Shown piece after piece: positions 22,401 to 32,190 of a DNA stretch of 40,913 nucleotides. Under the pieces are notes generated by a model. That model was not told the origin of the DNA. It searched no databases and saw only the letters and a list, made by a program, of their open reading frames with translations. Source of the DNA: Chrysochromulina tobinii (lineage: Eukaryota). Position numbers and translations under genes: made by a program. The first letter of the stretch is position 1; every line of letters begins with the position of its first letter. The stretch is from the NCBI GenBank assembly GCA_001275005.1, contig JWZX01002640.1:1-40913 (forward strand). The letters run 5' to 3'.

Positions 22401-25373
22401 CTCGAGGCGAGCTCCGCGCCCAAACCCCAATCATACGCCTTGATCGCGTCGCTGAAACTCGGCTTCGCAGCCGCCGCCACCTTGGGCGTCGGCGACGGCG
22501 GCGCAGACTTGGGCGTCGTCGCCTCGACAAGCTTGCGCGTGCCGCCCTCGACATCGCCCGACTGCATCTGCTTGACCGCTGCCTCCTCAACAGGCTTGAT
22601 CGCGAGCTTGAGGGCGTCGGCATAGTTTCCTTCGACCGCTAAGAATCGAAGCCACTCTATTCGCCGCACCTCCTCCTGTGAGTCGCGTGTCTGGTGCCCT
22701 CGAACAAAGGACTGCACCCTGACTGCCGCCTTCTCGACCGCTGGCTCGACCGTTTGCACACACCGCTCGTACAGCGCAAGTGCCCCCGGTGTCAGAGACA
22801 CCGGGGCATTCTCTAACGACGGTGGCAATCCCGGCGGCAGCGGTGCACCCGGTCCCCGAGACCATGCAGGAGGCAGACCTGTGGGGATGGGGTCCCTGCG
22901 AGCGCGCCCCTCGTCGATACCAGGGCTGGAGTGCCTACGCGGCTGAGCGGCCGGCACGATCAAGGGAACAGCCCTCACTACCACCTCCTTCTTCTCCATG
23001 GCCGCCGGTGAGGCTGCCGAAGCAGAAGCTGCGGTCGCGGCAGTTGTTGCGGCATCGCCAGGGCGGACGCGCTGGCCAGCCTCGCGCGTGGGAGGGAAAG
23101 AGATTGAGTACGGATCGCTTCTCGAAAGATGGCCGCGAGCGGGCTGGCGCTCTGGTGAGCGATCTGGTGAGAGAGACCTCTCTCTTCTAGGGGATTTATC
23201 GCCAACGAGCTCGTCGAGCTGTTTTCGGCGAGCAAGGGCAGTCGCGGCAACGCTCGCAACTTCGTTCGCCGCAGCGTTCATGGCCGCGTCGGTAGCATCT
23301 GTCAGCACTGCGGACAAGCTCTGGCTATGGCGCAGGGCCTCCTTGTCCAACTTGAGAGCCGCGCGAGGGTCGCCAACGAGCTCGTCCAGCTGCTTTCGTC
23401 GTGCAAGGAGCTCGTCCAGCTGCTTTCGGTGCGCCAGCGCAGTCGCGGCAGCGGGTTTGACAGCGGGTTTGACTGTGGGCACGGGTGCGTCGGCAGGGGC
23501 CGAAAACACGCGGCGGAACTCGTAGAGTGTGATCAACTTGGAGTCGTCGGCATCGAGACGCTGGAAGACCGCCTCGAAGGCATCGCGCGTACCGTCCTCT
23601 TGGCGGATCGTCATCGGCAGGCCGAGCAGCGCACGCACGCTTTCGCTGGTGCGGCACGCCTTGATCACCTCGGCACGCGAGAGAACGCCGTCGCCGTTGG
23701 CATCGATCAGGCTGAACGCCTCGGCCACATCATCGAGCTCCGGCAGCGATGACCTCTCTTTCGCCGCTGCCGCCTCGGCGGCGGCCGAAGCCGCCGCCTT
23801 CACCTCCTCCGCCCACGCTGCCGCGTCCCTTGCCGCCTGAGCCTCCTCCTGGGCCGCATCCTCATGGAGCGCCGTGTAGGGCGCGTCGTCGTCATCATCA
23901 TGGAGCGCCGACGGCGGCAACACCAGACGATACTCGGGCGTGCCAGGGACCGCCGCCGGGTAACCGCCGCCGCCACCGCCCTGTGTGGAAGTAGCTGTGG
24001 AAACAGCTCGAGGGGGCGTATCCAAGGCAGCACCATCGGCTACACGACTCGAGATGACTCGGCGAACGATGGCGCGTGGAATCGATGCTGCAGAGGAAGG
24101 CGGCGCCCTCATTGCTTGCTGCGAGGGGGGCATTCTCTCTGCCGCCTGCGCCTCTGCCTGCCTCGTGCTCGCTTCCCTCGCGGCCGCCTCCCTTGCTGCC
24201 GCCTCCCTCTCGGCCGCCAAATCTCCCCAATCTCCCTTCGAGGCGCTCTGGGCAGTGTGCGGCTCGTCAGCACACCCAGGGGCCCATCCGTGGCGAGAGC
24301 CCCCATACTCGCCGCCGTAGCCGCTGCCGTAGCCACCGCCGTAGCCGCCGAAGCCATGGCTGCGGCCAGCCACGGCCATGGCAGCCGCGGCTGCCATGGC
24401 ATGGGGCACAGGGGGAGGGTTATCATAGTAGGCGGCCACATCCGCCTCCGTCCACTCACCGTAGCCATCGTCCCAGCCGACCTCGTCGCCCTCGACCCAC
24501 CCATCGCCCTCGCCGTAGCCCTCCTCGCCGTAGCCCTCTTCGCCATCTTCATCTGCTCCTGAGGGCGGCAGCGTGTACGCGCGGCGCCGTGTCGGGTGCG
24601 CGCGCTGCGGCGAGCGGAACTGCACGCGCCGACCGCCGCGCCTCGGCGGCGGCTGCGACGCAGAGACGTCCCCACCGTCCGTGCGGCCGGCTGAGCAGAC
24701 CTCGGGCACTGACTTGGGCGGTGGCAGGGGATCAGACAGATCGGGCTCGGACTTGGGCGAAGCCCTCTCTCTCACCGCAGCCGCCTTGGCGGCCGTCGTT
24801 GCCGCCGCCGCCTTCACCGCCTCCGCCCACGCCGCCGCCTCCCTCGCCGCCTGAGCCGCTGCCAGCTCCCTCTCGTGCTCAGCCCACATGGGCGGCGGCG
24901 GGATCAAGTCACCGCGCGACACAGTGCGCGAGGTCACCGGATCGGAGTGCGGAACAGGCGCGAGCCGTGGCGCCACCGAAGGCGGCGAGGGCTGCACGCC
25001 GTGGAGGGCGAGACCCAGTCCGGCGACGGCGAGCCCGCAGCTCTTGCTCGCTCTCTCGAATGTTCCATATCAGCCGCTGCTTGCTCATGTCGAGGGCGAG
25101 TAACGCCCGATGCAGCGTGCCATGGCCTTCCAAACTCTCGCCGCTCTCGGCGAGCTGCTGCTGCAGCTCTGCGCGCTGCTGGCCGACTTCTGAGAGCTGC
25201 ACGCGCCACTCGGTGATGTCTTGCTCGAGCAGCGCAACATCCCGAGCGTCAAGCTCCTGCGCGATCTGAGCGAGCTCATCCGCTCGTGTCCACTCCCACG
25301 TCTCGGTCCGTGCCGGCCCGTCTGCGCTGGGTGAAGCGGGTGGTAGGCGTGGCCGAGTGCACGGACCGATCAT
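19283..25373 (-). CDS. Large low-complexity protein with EF-hand pair, IQ motif, coiled coils and polyQ; probable 1-nt frameshift near 25035
   Basis: ORF 19283-24997 has EF-hands DANGDGVLSRAE and DADDSKLITLYE (~23510-23725), IQ-like VQSFVRGHQTR and a C-terminal coiled coil/polyQ, but only a GTG start. An upstream coiled-coil ORF (ATG 25373) joins it if one base of CCC at 25034-25036 is removed. Confidence 0.7.
19409..19480 (-). repeat. Coding CAG microsatellite, (CAG)5 and (CAG)16, encoding polyQ
   Basis: (CTG)16 at 19409-19456 and (CTG)5 at 19466-19480 on the + strand. Confidence 0.95.
21990..22095 (-). repeat. 15-bp coding minisatellite (~7 copies) encoding AAGEG/AAGKC
   Basis: Tandem cgccggctgcaccct / tgccggctgcacact units. 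Confidence 0.9.
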
Positions 25374-25527
25374 CGGCCGCGACAATGACGACAATGCCCC
25401 TTCCGCGCGATCGTTCCGCGGTAAAAAAAATCGCGACGAAATCGCGACGAGCCGCGGCAGGGACGATTGCGGGGAGCTTTCCTAACCTTTACAGTAATTG
25501 GTTTGGAGATGCTCAGACTCTCCGAAA

Positions 25528-25554
25528 TGACTTGACTTGACTTGACTTGATTGA
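25528..25554 (+). repeat. (TGACT)n pentamer tract immediately upstream of the ADH start
   Basis: tgacttgacttgacttgacttgattga. Confidence 0.8.
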
Positions 25555-25559
25555 TCTCC

Positions 25560-26927
25560 ATGCGCTCCATCACACGCTACGCTCACGCTCACGCTCGCTC
25601 GCTCTCGCCTTCCTGCGCGGCGTTTGCCTTCGCCGCTAAGCGATCTTTAGCATCGCGATCTTTCGCATCCTCGGCGCTGCACGGCTCCGGCTGCGCGTGC
25701 TGTGCACCGCCCTCGGGGGCCGCGTCATGGGTGGCACCATCGAATGGTGGCGCGGGCGCGGTGCGCCGACCAATCAGCTTCTCGGCTTCTGGCACGGGCG
25801 AGACGATCGAGTGCGACGCGGCGGTCGCCTTTGGAGTCGACGACGTCCGAATCACCAAGGTCAAGGTGGCGCCGCCGCGCCCTGGCGAGGTGCGCCTCAA
25901 GGTCGTTGCTAATGCATTGTGCCATACGGACCTATACACGCTCGAGGGCTCGGACCCCGAGGGGCGGTTCCCATGCATCCTCGGGCACGAGGCGGGTGCG
26001 ATCGTCGAGTCCGTCGGCGAGGGCGTCACGTCCGTCAAGCCAGGGGACCACGTGATCCCGTGCTACACACCCGAGTGTCGACAGCCCGATTGCATCTTCT
26101 GTGCATCGTCGAAGACCAACCTATGCCCGCGCATCCGCACGACGCAAGGGCAGGGCGTGATGCCCGACGGCACGAGCCGCTTTGCCATCGCATCCGATGG
26201 CACGCCCATTCATCACTTCATGGGCTGTTCGACCTTCTCCGAGTACACGGTCGTCGCCGAGATCAGTTGCGCCAAGGTGGACCCACGCGCCGACCTCGCG
26301 ACCGTGTGTCTTTTGGGATGCGGCGTGACCACGGGGGTAGGCGCCGTGCGTAAGACGACCGCCGTCGAGCCAGGTTCCACTGTGGGTGTCTTTGGTTTGG
26401 GAGCGGTCGGCCTCGCGTGCGTTCAGGCTGCCAAGGCTGCTGGTGCTCGGCGCATCTGGGCGATCGATACGAACCCAGACAAGTTTGGTGCGGCGCTCGA
26501 GTTCGGGGCGACCGACACGCTCAACCCGAGCGAGTGCGAGAAGCCGGTGCAGCAAGAGCTCGTCAGCCGCACCACCTGGGGGCTCGACTACACCTTTGAC
26601 TGCACGGGCAACACCGCCGTGATGCGCGCGGCGCTCGAGGCAGCCCACCGCGGCTGGGGCACTTCGTGCGTCATCGGCGTGGCGGCTGCTGGGCAGGAGA
26701 TATCGACGCGCCCATTCCAACTCGTCACCGGCCGCCGCTGGGTGGGCACTGCATTCGGCGGCATCAAGTCGCGTACCGAGGTGCCCAAGCTGGTGAACGA
26801 GTACCTCGACGACAAGCTGCCGCTCGCGCCGTACATCACGCACCGCTTCCAGGGCGTGGGTGCCATCATGGACGCAATCGACGCGATGCACTCGGGCAAG
26901 GTTCTCCGGGCAGTGGTCACCTATTGA
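25560..26927 (+). CDS. ADH5: Class III alcohol dehydrogenase / S-(hydroxymethyl)glutathione dehydrogenase (GSNOR) with N-terminal extension
   Basis: LCHTDLYTLEGSDPEG, ILGHEAGAIVESVGEGVT, structural Zn cysteines, KTNLCPRIRTTQGQGVMPDGTSRF, GLGAVG, GQEISTRPFQLVTGR, GTAFGG. Confidence 0.95.
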   Translation: MRSITRYAHAHARSLSPSCAAFAFAAKRSLASRSFASSALHGSGCACCAPPSGAASWVAPSNGGAGAVRRPISFSASGTGETIECDAAVAFGVDDVRITKVKVAPPRPGEVRLKVVANALCHTDLYTLEGSDPEGRFPCILGHEAGAIVESVGEGVTSVKPGDHVIPCYTPECRQPDCIFCASSKTNLCPRIRTTQGQGVMPDGTSRFAIASDGTPIHHFMGCSTFSEYTVVAEISCAKVDPRADLATVCLLGCGVTTGVGAVRKTTAVEPGSTVGVFGLGAVGLACVQAAKAAGARRIWAIDTNPDKFGAALEFGATDTLNPSECEKPVQQELVSRTTWGLDYTFDCTGNTAVMRAALEAAHRGWGTSCVIGVAAAGQEISTRPFQLVTGRRWVGTAFGGIKSRTEVPKLVNEYLDDKLPLAPYITHRFQGVGAIMDAIDAMHSGKVLRAVVTY

Positions 26928-27165
26928 TGGCGTGAAGAAAGGGGCTAGGGGGATACGATTCGGGGTTGGGGTGCGTGGTTTGTCGAATGACGAATCAACC
27001 ATGCGAAGGGGAGCACAATGCCGTGGAGGCTCAGGCTGAGGCTGTGAGTCCGTGGTCCTGGCCTTTTTTCGTCGAAGTGTTGACAAAGTTTGTCGAGTAG
27101 GAAACCGAGCGTCCCAAGAACAAGCGGGAAGTAATCAAGCACCTCGACAAGAAGAAAAGCGAGCC

Positions 27166-28737
27166 ATGCCCTTCTTGCCATTCTTCAACGCGCCCATGGC
27201 GCCCCCGCCCGCGCCGACACCGCAGAGCCAGCTCGAAGAGGAGTTCATGCAGGTCGACATCATCGCTCGCCCAGTCGACCAATCTCCGGCGACTGTAGAG
27301 CCGCCTGCCCCAGATCCGCCCACCGTGATGCCGCCGTGCACCATCACATCCGCCATTGAGAAGCCCGCCTTCGCCTTTGGAAAGGATACCACGCTACTAG
27401 CCATGGCCAGCCTCACAGCACCCGCCGCTCCCGTGGCCGTGGCCGCTCGACCCCCGCTCGACCTCATCGCCGTGGTGGACCGTTCCGGCTCAATGTCAGG
27501 CGCAAAGATCGAGCTCATGCGGAAGACACTCACGCTACTCGTCACACGCGCCGGCCTGACGAGCGAAGATCGATTTGGGTGCGTCTCATTTGACAACACG
27601 GCCATCGAAGAGATTGCGATGCAGCCAATGACCGCCGCCGGGTGCCAGCACGCCCAGGAGGTCATCGGTCGTTTAGCCCCGGGTGGCTCGACGAACTTGA
27701 GCGGCGGGCTGCTCAAGGGCGTCGACATGCTCAGCCAGCTGCCGAACGGTGGCGGTCAGGGGCGCACGCGCGCCATCATGCTCTTCACCGACGGCCTCGC
27801 CAATCATGGCATCGTCGAGACCGCGCCGCTCGTCAGCGCGCTGCAGGGCGCGCTCGGCTCGGCGGCCACAAGCGCGGCGTGCTTCACCTTCGGATTCGGC
27901 GAGGAGCACAATGAGGACATGCTCCGTGCCGTCGCTGAGGCCACCGCCGCCCAGTACTATTTCATCCAGGGTGTCGATGACATCCCCAACTCGTTCGCCG
28001 ACTGCCTTGGTGGCCTCGTGAGCATCGTGGCACAGAATGCCACACTCACCCTCGAGCCAATCGACACTCCAGAGGCCCCCTACGCGATCGCAAAGGTGCT
28101 CGGGCAGTACAGGATGTGCGCGGCCCCGAGCCCGGCGGCGCACCGTCTCGAGCTTGGCGATCTGTACGCCGAGGACGCGAAAGACGTTCTCTTTGAGCTC
28201 CGGGTGCCCGCCCTGGCAGCGAGCATGGAGGCGGATTTGTCAGCGCCCACCCCAGTGGTGCGGGCAACGCTCCGCTACTTCCACGTAGCGAACGCGCGCT
28301 TCGAGGAGGCAACGACCACGCTCGCACTCGCGCGCCCCGCGGCAACGCCCCCTGACCAACCTTGCGATCTCAAGCTCGACGCGCAGCGCAACCGGATGCT
28401 TGTGGCGGAGAGTATGGAGAGAGCGGCTATGCTTGGGGATGCGGGCCAGCTGGCCGAAGGTCGCGCGGTCCTCGAGCACTGCGCACGGGTTGTCCAGGGC
28501 TCACCGAGCGCTAACTCGGCGCTCTGCGGTGGCCTCGTGCTCGAGGTACAGCAGCTCCACATGCAGTATGATGAAGAAAGGGTCTACCGGTCGCTCGGCT
28601 CGAAGATGAGCAAGATGAGCGCGATGTCGCATCAGATGCAACGCTCCAACCACACGAGCGCGCCCATGTATGAGGCTGGCGCCTCCTCCAAGGCCGCCAT
28701 GAAGCGTGCGTTTGCCTCCGCACCACATAGCGGCTGA
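27166..28737 (+). CDS. von Willebrand factor type A domain protein
   Basis: First ATG at 27166. MIDAS VVDRSGSMSG, PGGSTNL, LFTDGLANHG, FTFGFG, and FADCLGGLVS typical of the vWA/Vwaint-type family. Confidence 0.88.
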   Translation: MPFLPFFNAPMAPPPAPTPQSQLEEEFMQVDIIARPVDQSPATVEPPAPDPPTVMPPCTITSAIEKPAFAFGKDTTLLAMASLTAPAAPVAVAARPPLDLIAVVDRSGSMSGAKIELMRKTLTLLVTRAGLTSEDRFGCVSFDNTAIEEIAMQPMTAAGCQHAQEVIGRLAPGGSTNLSGGLLKGVDMLSQLPNGGGQGRTRAIMLFTDGLANHGIVETAPLVSALQGALGSAATSAACFTFGFGEEHNEDMLRAVAEATAAQYYFIQGVDDIPNSFADCLGGLVSIVAQNATLTLEPIDTPEAPYAIAKVLGQYRMCAAPSPAAHRLELGDLYAEDAKDVLFELRVPALAASMEADLSAPTPVVRATLRYFHVANARFEEATTTLALARPAATPPDQPCDLKLDAQRNRMLVAESMERAAMLGDAGQLAEGRAVLEHCARVVQGSPSANSALCGGLVLEVQQLHMQYDEERVYRSLGSKMSKMSAMSHQMQRSNHTSAPMYEAGASSKAAMKRAFASAPHSG

Positions 28738-29249
28738 TCACAAGTCCTCGGGGCGCCAGCCAGCCGCGAGAGGTCGTCGTGATGACTGTGAGGGCGGCGG
28801 ATCGGTGAGGCTGACTGCGGTGGAAAGGGCTGTGTACGTTCCCCAGCCCCCAGGCGCGGGTCGTTCGTGTCATTGGTCGAGATGGTTGCGGGAGGGATGG
28901 GGTCGCCGTGACGACAGCTTACAGTGAGGGAACAAGAGACCTTCTGTGTCGGGTCTGTGTCGTGTGACTGTGCGTCAAATAAGTTCTCGCGAGATCGGAA
29001 CAACTCTCTTCTCGAACCGCTCTTCTCTCTCTCGGATTGTGCTTTCAATATTTCCGTGTCCGGCGAGATACTGTGTGTGACTATTCGTACTCTGAGCATC
29101 TGCTTATTGTCTGAGTATAGGGGGCGACAGTAAGCGCGACGACGACTACCTCAACGAACCCCAAATTTATCTCATTGGAGGCCCACGCCTCCTCAACACC
29201 TTTTTCCTTTGCACTACGCACGGCCGAGTGTGAACAGCCAGTTCACAAA

Positions 29250-30194
29250 ATGTGCTCGGCCGTCCTCCTAGTCGTGGCCGCCCTCGCGCTGCGCGCTCCA
29301 TTGGAGGATCGCGCCCTCGGGCGGGCCGCCGTTCTGCGCATGGCACTGGAAACGACGGGGATCCTCGGCGGCGTCGCGGCGCTCGCAACGGCAGCGGCGG
29401 CCCTTGGCGCGCAGGGAGCGCTGCTCCGCCGGCCACTCGAGTTCGAGGCGGACCCACTCGCAGCACAGCTGCGCTCGTCCAACGAGCTCGCGCCATCACG
29501 GCGGCGCCTAGAGGCGGAATGGCACGCGCTGCGCCGCGAGCCGGCCGGGCGCGAGCAGACGGCCGCCGCGGCCGAGCGGCTGCTGCGCGTGCGGTTGGCC
29601 TTGGTTGCGGCGGAGGCGCTGGCGCGCGAGGATGCGCGGCTACGCGAGCTCGACGCGGCGGTGCCGGCGGCACTCATTGGCGAGCTCGAGGCAGCCGCGA
29701 CGGTCCTCGCGAGCTCGCGCGTGCTCAGCCACGAGGCACGCGCCGCCGTCGGCTGGCAGTGGGGCGCATGTGGCTGGCGGCATTGCGGCGCGCAGGCGGA
29801 CGCGTCTCAGGCGCTATGGAAGCTACGTTCAAACCTAGGCATGCTCGCGGCGCTCGAGGCGCGCTTCTATCTCGACGTGGCCGTGCGTGCCCTCGACGAG
29901 GTGCTCCAGCTGTGCGCGGCCGAGGGTCTCCTCGAGCGCAGCCGGCTGCCACGGAGCGAGTACGTGCCGCGGCCGGCGCTCGAGCGGCTGCTGGCGATCG
30001 ACGAGGAGGACACGGGGTACGACGGCGCGCACAAGGTGCTCGGCACTCGACTGCGTGCCGAGAAGCAGTACGAGCTCGAGGAGCGCGTCCTGCTCGAGGA
30101 GAACGAGGAGGCTGCGGAGGGGCTGAGAGACTCTCATTCGATGATCGAGCTAGGGGAGGAAGACGATGGGGCGGACGAAGGGCAGGGCGGTTGA
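29250..30194 (+). CDS. Hypothetical protein with signal peptide, possibly plastid-targeted
   Basis: ATG at 29250 (MCSAVLLVVAALAL), a second hydrophobic stretch, and a conserved-looking core WQWGACGWRHCGAQADA. Confidence 0.7.
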   Translation: MCSAVLLVVAALALRAPLEDRALGRAAVLRMALETTGILGGVAALATAAAALGAQGALLRRPLEFEADPLAAQLRSSNELAPSRRRLEAEWHALRREPAGREQTAAAAERLLRVRLALVAAEALAREDARLRELDAAVPAALIGELEAAATVLASSRVLSHEARAAVGWQWGACGWRHCGAQADASQALWKLRSNLGMLAALEARFYLDVAVRALDEVLQLCAAEGLLERSRLPRSEYVPRPALERLLAIDEEDTGYDGAHKVLGTRLRAEKQYELEERVLLEENEEAAEGLRDSHSMIELGEEDDGADEGQGG

Positions 30195-30388
30195 CACCGG
30201 GAGTTGGTAGGCATTCACACTTTATGCTGGGATTATAGCCCTCTCTTCGTCAACACCGCACCCCTCTCCGCCCCCTTGCCCGCCGCTGACCCAGCCGGCA
30301 CATCATCGCCTTACCGGCGCCTGACCGGCGCCCCCGAAAGACAGCATGAGATCCTGGTTTCGTCAGCCGAAGACGCGCCGAAACTAAA

Positions 30389-31621
30389 ATGTCTTCCTGC
30401 ACCTCGTTCCTGGCGTTGTTGTCGATTGGTCACGCCGCAGCTGCGGGCCCGCGCGACCCGTTCACCTGGGAGCCGATCCGTCAACTCCTCAGCGGCTGGA
30501 AATTCACGACGGAATATGCGGTGTCCATCGGCACTGCCGAGCACGGCCAGCTGTTCCAATACGAGGGCGGCAAATTCAGCATGGAGACGCAGATTCCAAC
30601 GGGCTCGACGTCCAAGTGGCCATCGGCCATGATGTTTGCCGGCCTCGTGGCTGACGGCACCATCGCCTCCCTCGACGATCCGGTGCACAAATATCTGAAA
30701 TACTGGACATCCAATCCGCTGGACATGCGGTCAGAGATCACCCTGCGTCATTTACTCACATTCACCTCCGGCTTCGGCAGCGGCGATCCAGGTGACGATG
30801 GAAATGGCCGTGCGGCGCGAAAGTGGCGCATGATAAAATACGGTTCAGCTGAGCCACGTGTGGGCAACACCACCACGGCCTGCAATGAGGAAACCGGTGA
30901 GATCTCAGAGTGCGCTCGCTCAATCTATGAGGAGGTGCCGCTGATCGGCCGTCCGGGTCATGTCTGGTCTTACAATTCGAATCATCTGCAGGTGGCCGCC
31001 GGGCTGGCCGTCGCCGCATCCGGCCTCTCGATCGAGCAGGTCATCCACAAGTATCTTTTCGATCCGCTCAACATGACGCAAAGCCGCTATTCGGGTAAGT
31101 GCCCCGAGTTTGCTGCTGGACTCAGGACCACGGGTGCCGATTACGCCAGGTTCCTGCGCGGCGTGGTTTCGTACAAGTTCCCCTCGGCCCAGATTGTCCT
31201 CGAGTCCGAGAAGGACGCGACGCCCTTCAACTCGGACAAGTATGGCCTCTACGGCAACTATGCATTCGGCCACTTTCTCCTATGCTTCGACTCGGTCGAC
31301 GGTTTCACCGACGCATGTGCGGACGCGCGCTCGCACTTCGACCCAGGCGCCTTTGGCTTCATGCCCATCATCGACCGCAAGTACGGCTACTGGTTCGAGG
31401 TGGTCGCTGCTGAGTTCCCGCCGACGGGCTCGTACCCTCTTTCCGGCATCCCCGAGTACCTAGCGGTGGCGCTCAAGCCCCATGTGGAGGCGATCTTCAG
31501 CCAGCACCCGCCCGAGAGCCAGGCGCACCTGCATCACACGCCAAGCTTCGGCACGGAGATGTCGATTGCGGATGTGAACTACTGCCTCGACTGCAAACTC
31601 AATCCCGACAACTGCTCGTGA
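30389..31621 (+). CDS. Secreted serine hydrolase, beta-lactamase/PBP-like family
   Basis: Signal peptide, catalytic SxxK (GSTSKW), LDDPVHKYL, ITLRHLLTFTSG, WSYNSNHL. Confidence 0.87.
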   Translation: MSSCTSFLALLSIGHAAAAGPRDPFTWEPIRQLLSGWKFTTEYAVSIGTAEHGQLFQYEGGKFSMETQIPTGSTSKWPSAMMFAGLVADGTIASLDDPVHKYLKYWTSNPLDMRSEITLRHLLTFTSGFGSGDPGDDGNGRAARKWRMIKYGSAEPRVGNTTTACNEETGEISECARSIYEEVPLIGRPGHVWSYNSNHLQVAAGLAVAASGLSIEQVIHKYLFDPLNMTQSRYSGKCPEFAAGLRTTGADYARFLRGVVSYKFPSAQIVLESEKDATPFNSDKYGLYGNYAFGHFLLCFDSVDGFTDACADARSHFDPGAFGFMPIIDRKYGYWFEVVAAEFPPTGSYPLSGIPEYLAVALKPHVEAIFSQHPPESQAHLHHTPSFGTEMSIADVNYCLDCKLNPDNCS

Positions 31622-32190
31622 GCGAAGGCGCACAAAGGAGAGGAGAAGCGCTGAAGCGGACCATGGTTCACGCTCGGAGTATGTGGAGGGCGAGACCTGG
31701 TGCGACTGAAACGCGTCCGCTGCAACACACCGAGGCGCGAGGCTGCAACAAGATTCAAGATTGGACTCTCTGGTGGAGGTGTTTGGGGGGTCGTTCGGTT
31801 GTGCTTCAATTCTCGCAGGCGCAGTGCTTTCTTGCTGCTTGCAAATTGCATGTGTCGCAATTAAAGTAACGTATGCGAACGGTACTAACATATGGCGTTC
31901 ATCCCGCGTCGTGTTGAGCGCGCTTCTTACGCGCTTCAGGTGAAGACGTGAAGTTGGTCCGGAGGTTATTTGGTCGTTCGTCTTGCCTCGTGGCAAATGA
32001 ATGTGAATGTGAACGTGATTGAGCGTTGTGTTGAACAGCAGAACTAAACTCCATGGTTATAGTTCACAGGCAATTGGTTATAATTCACACTGCAGGTCCA
32101 AGAACGCACAGCAGTTGAAGTTGCTCGGACGCATCGGGTTCAGGTCCGAGCCTTCGTCTGGCACGCCTTCGTCTGGCACGCGCAGCAGCC

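Noticed and set aside
10409..25269. Long antisense or alternate-frame ORFs over CFAP46 and the giant EF-hand gene (e.g. 13310-15226 minus, 17425-18714 minus, 19254-20222 plus with poly-Cys)
   Set aside because: Expected stop-codon scarcity at high GC. The poly-Cys is just the CTG repeat read on the other strand.
25425..28994. TCGCGA palindromes in intergenic DNA (25431-25450 twice, TCTCGCGAGA at 28985-28994)
   Set aside because: The hexamer is also frequent in coding sequence of this CpG-rich genome, so enrichment cannot be supported by eye.
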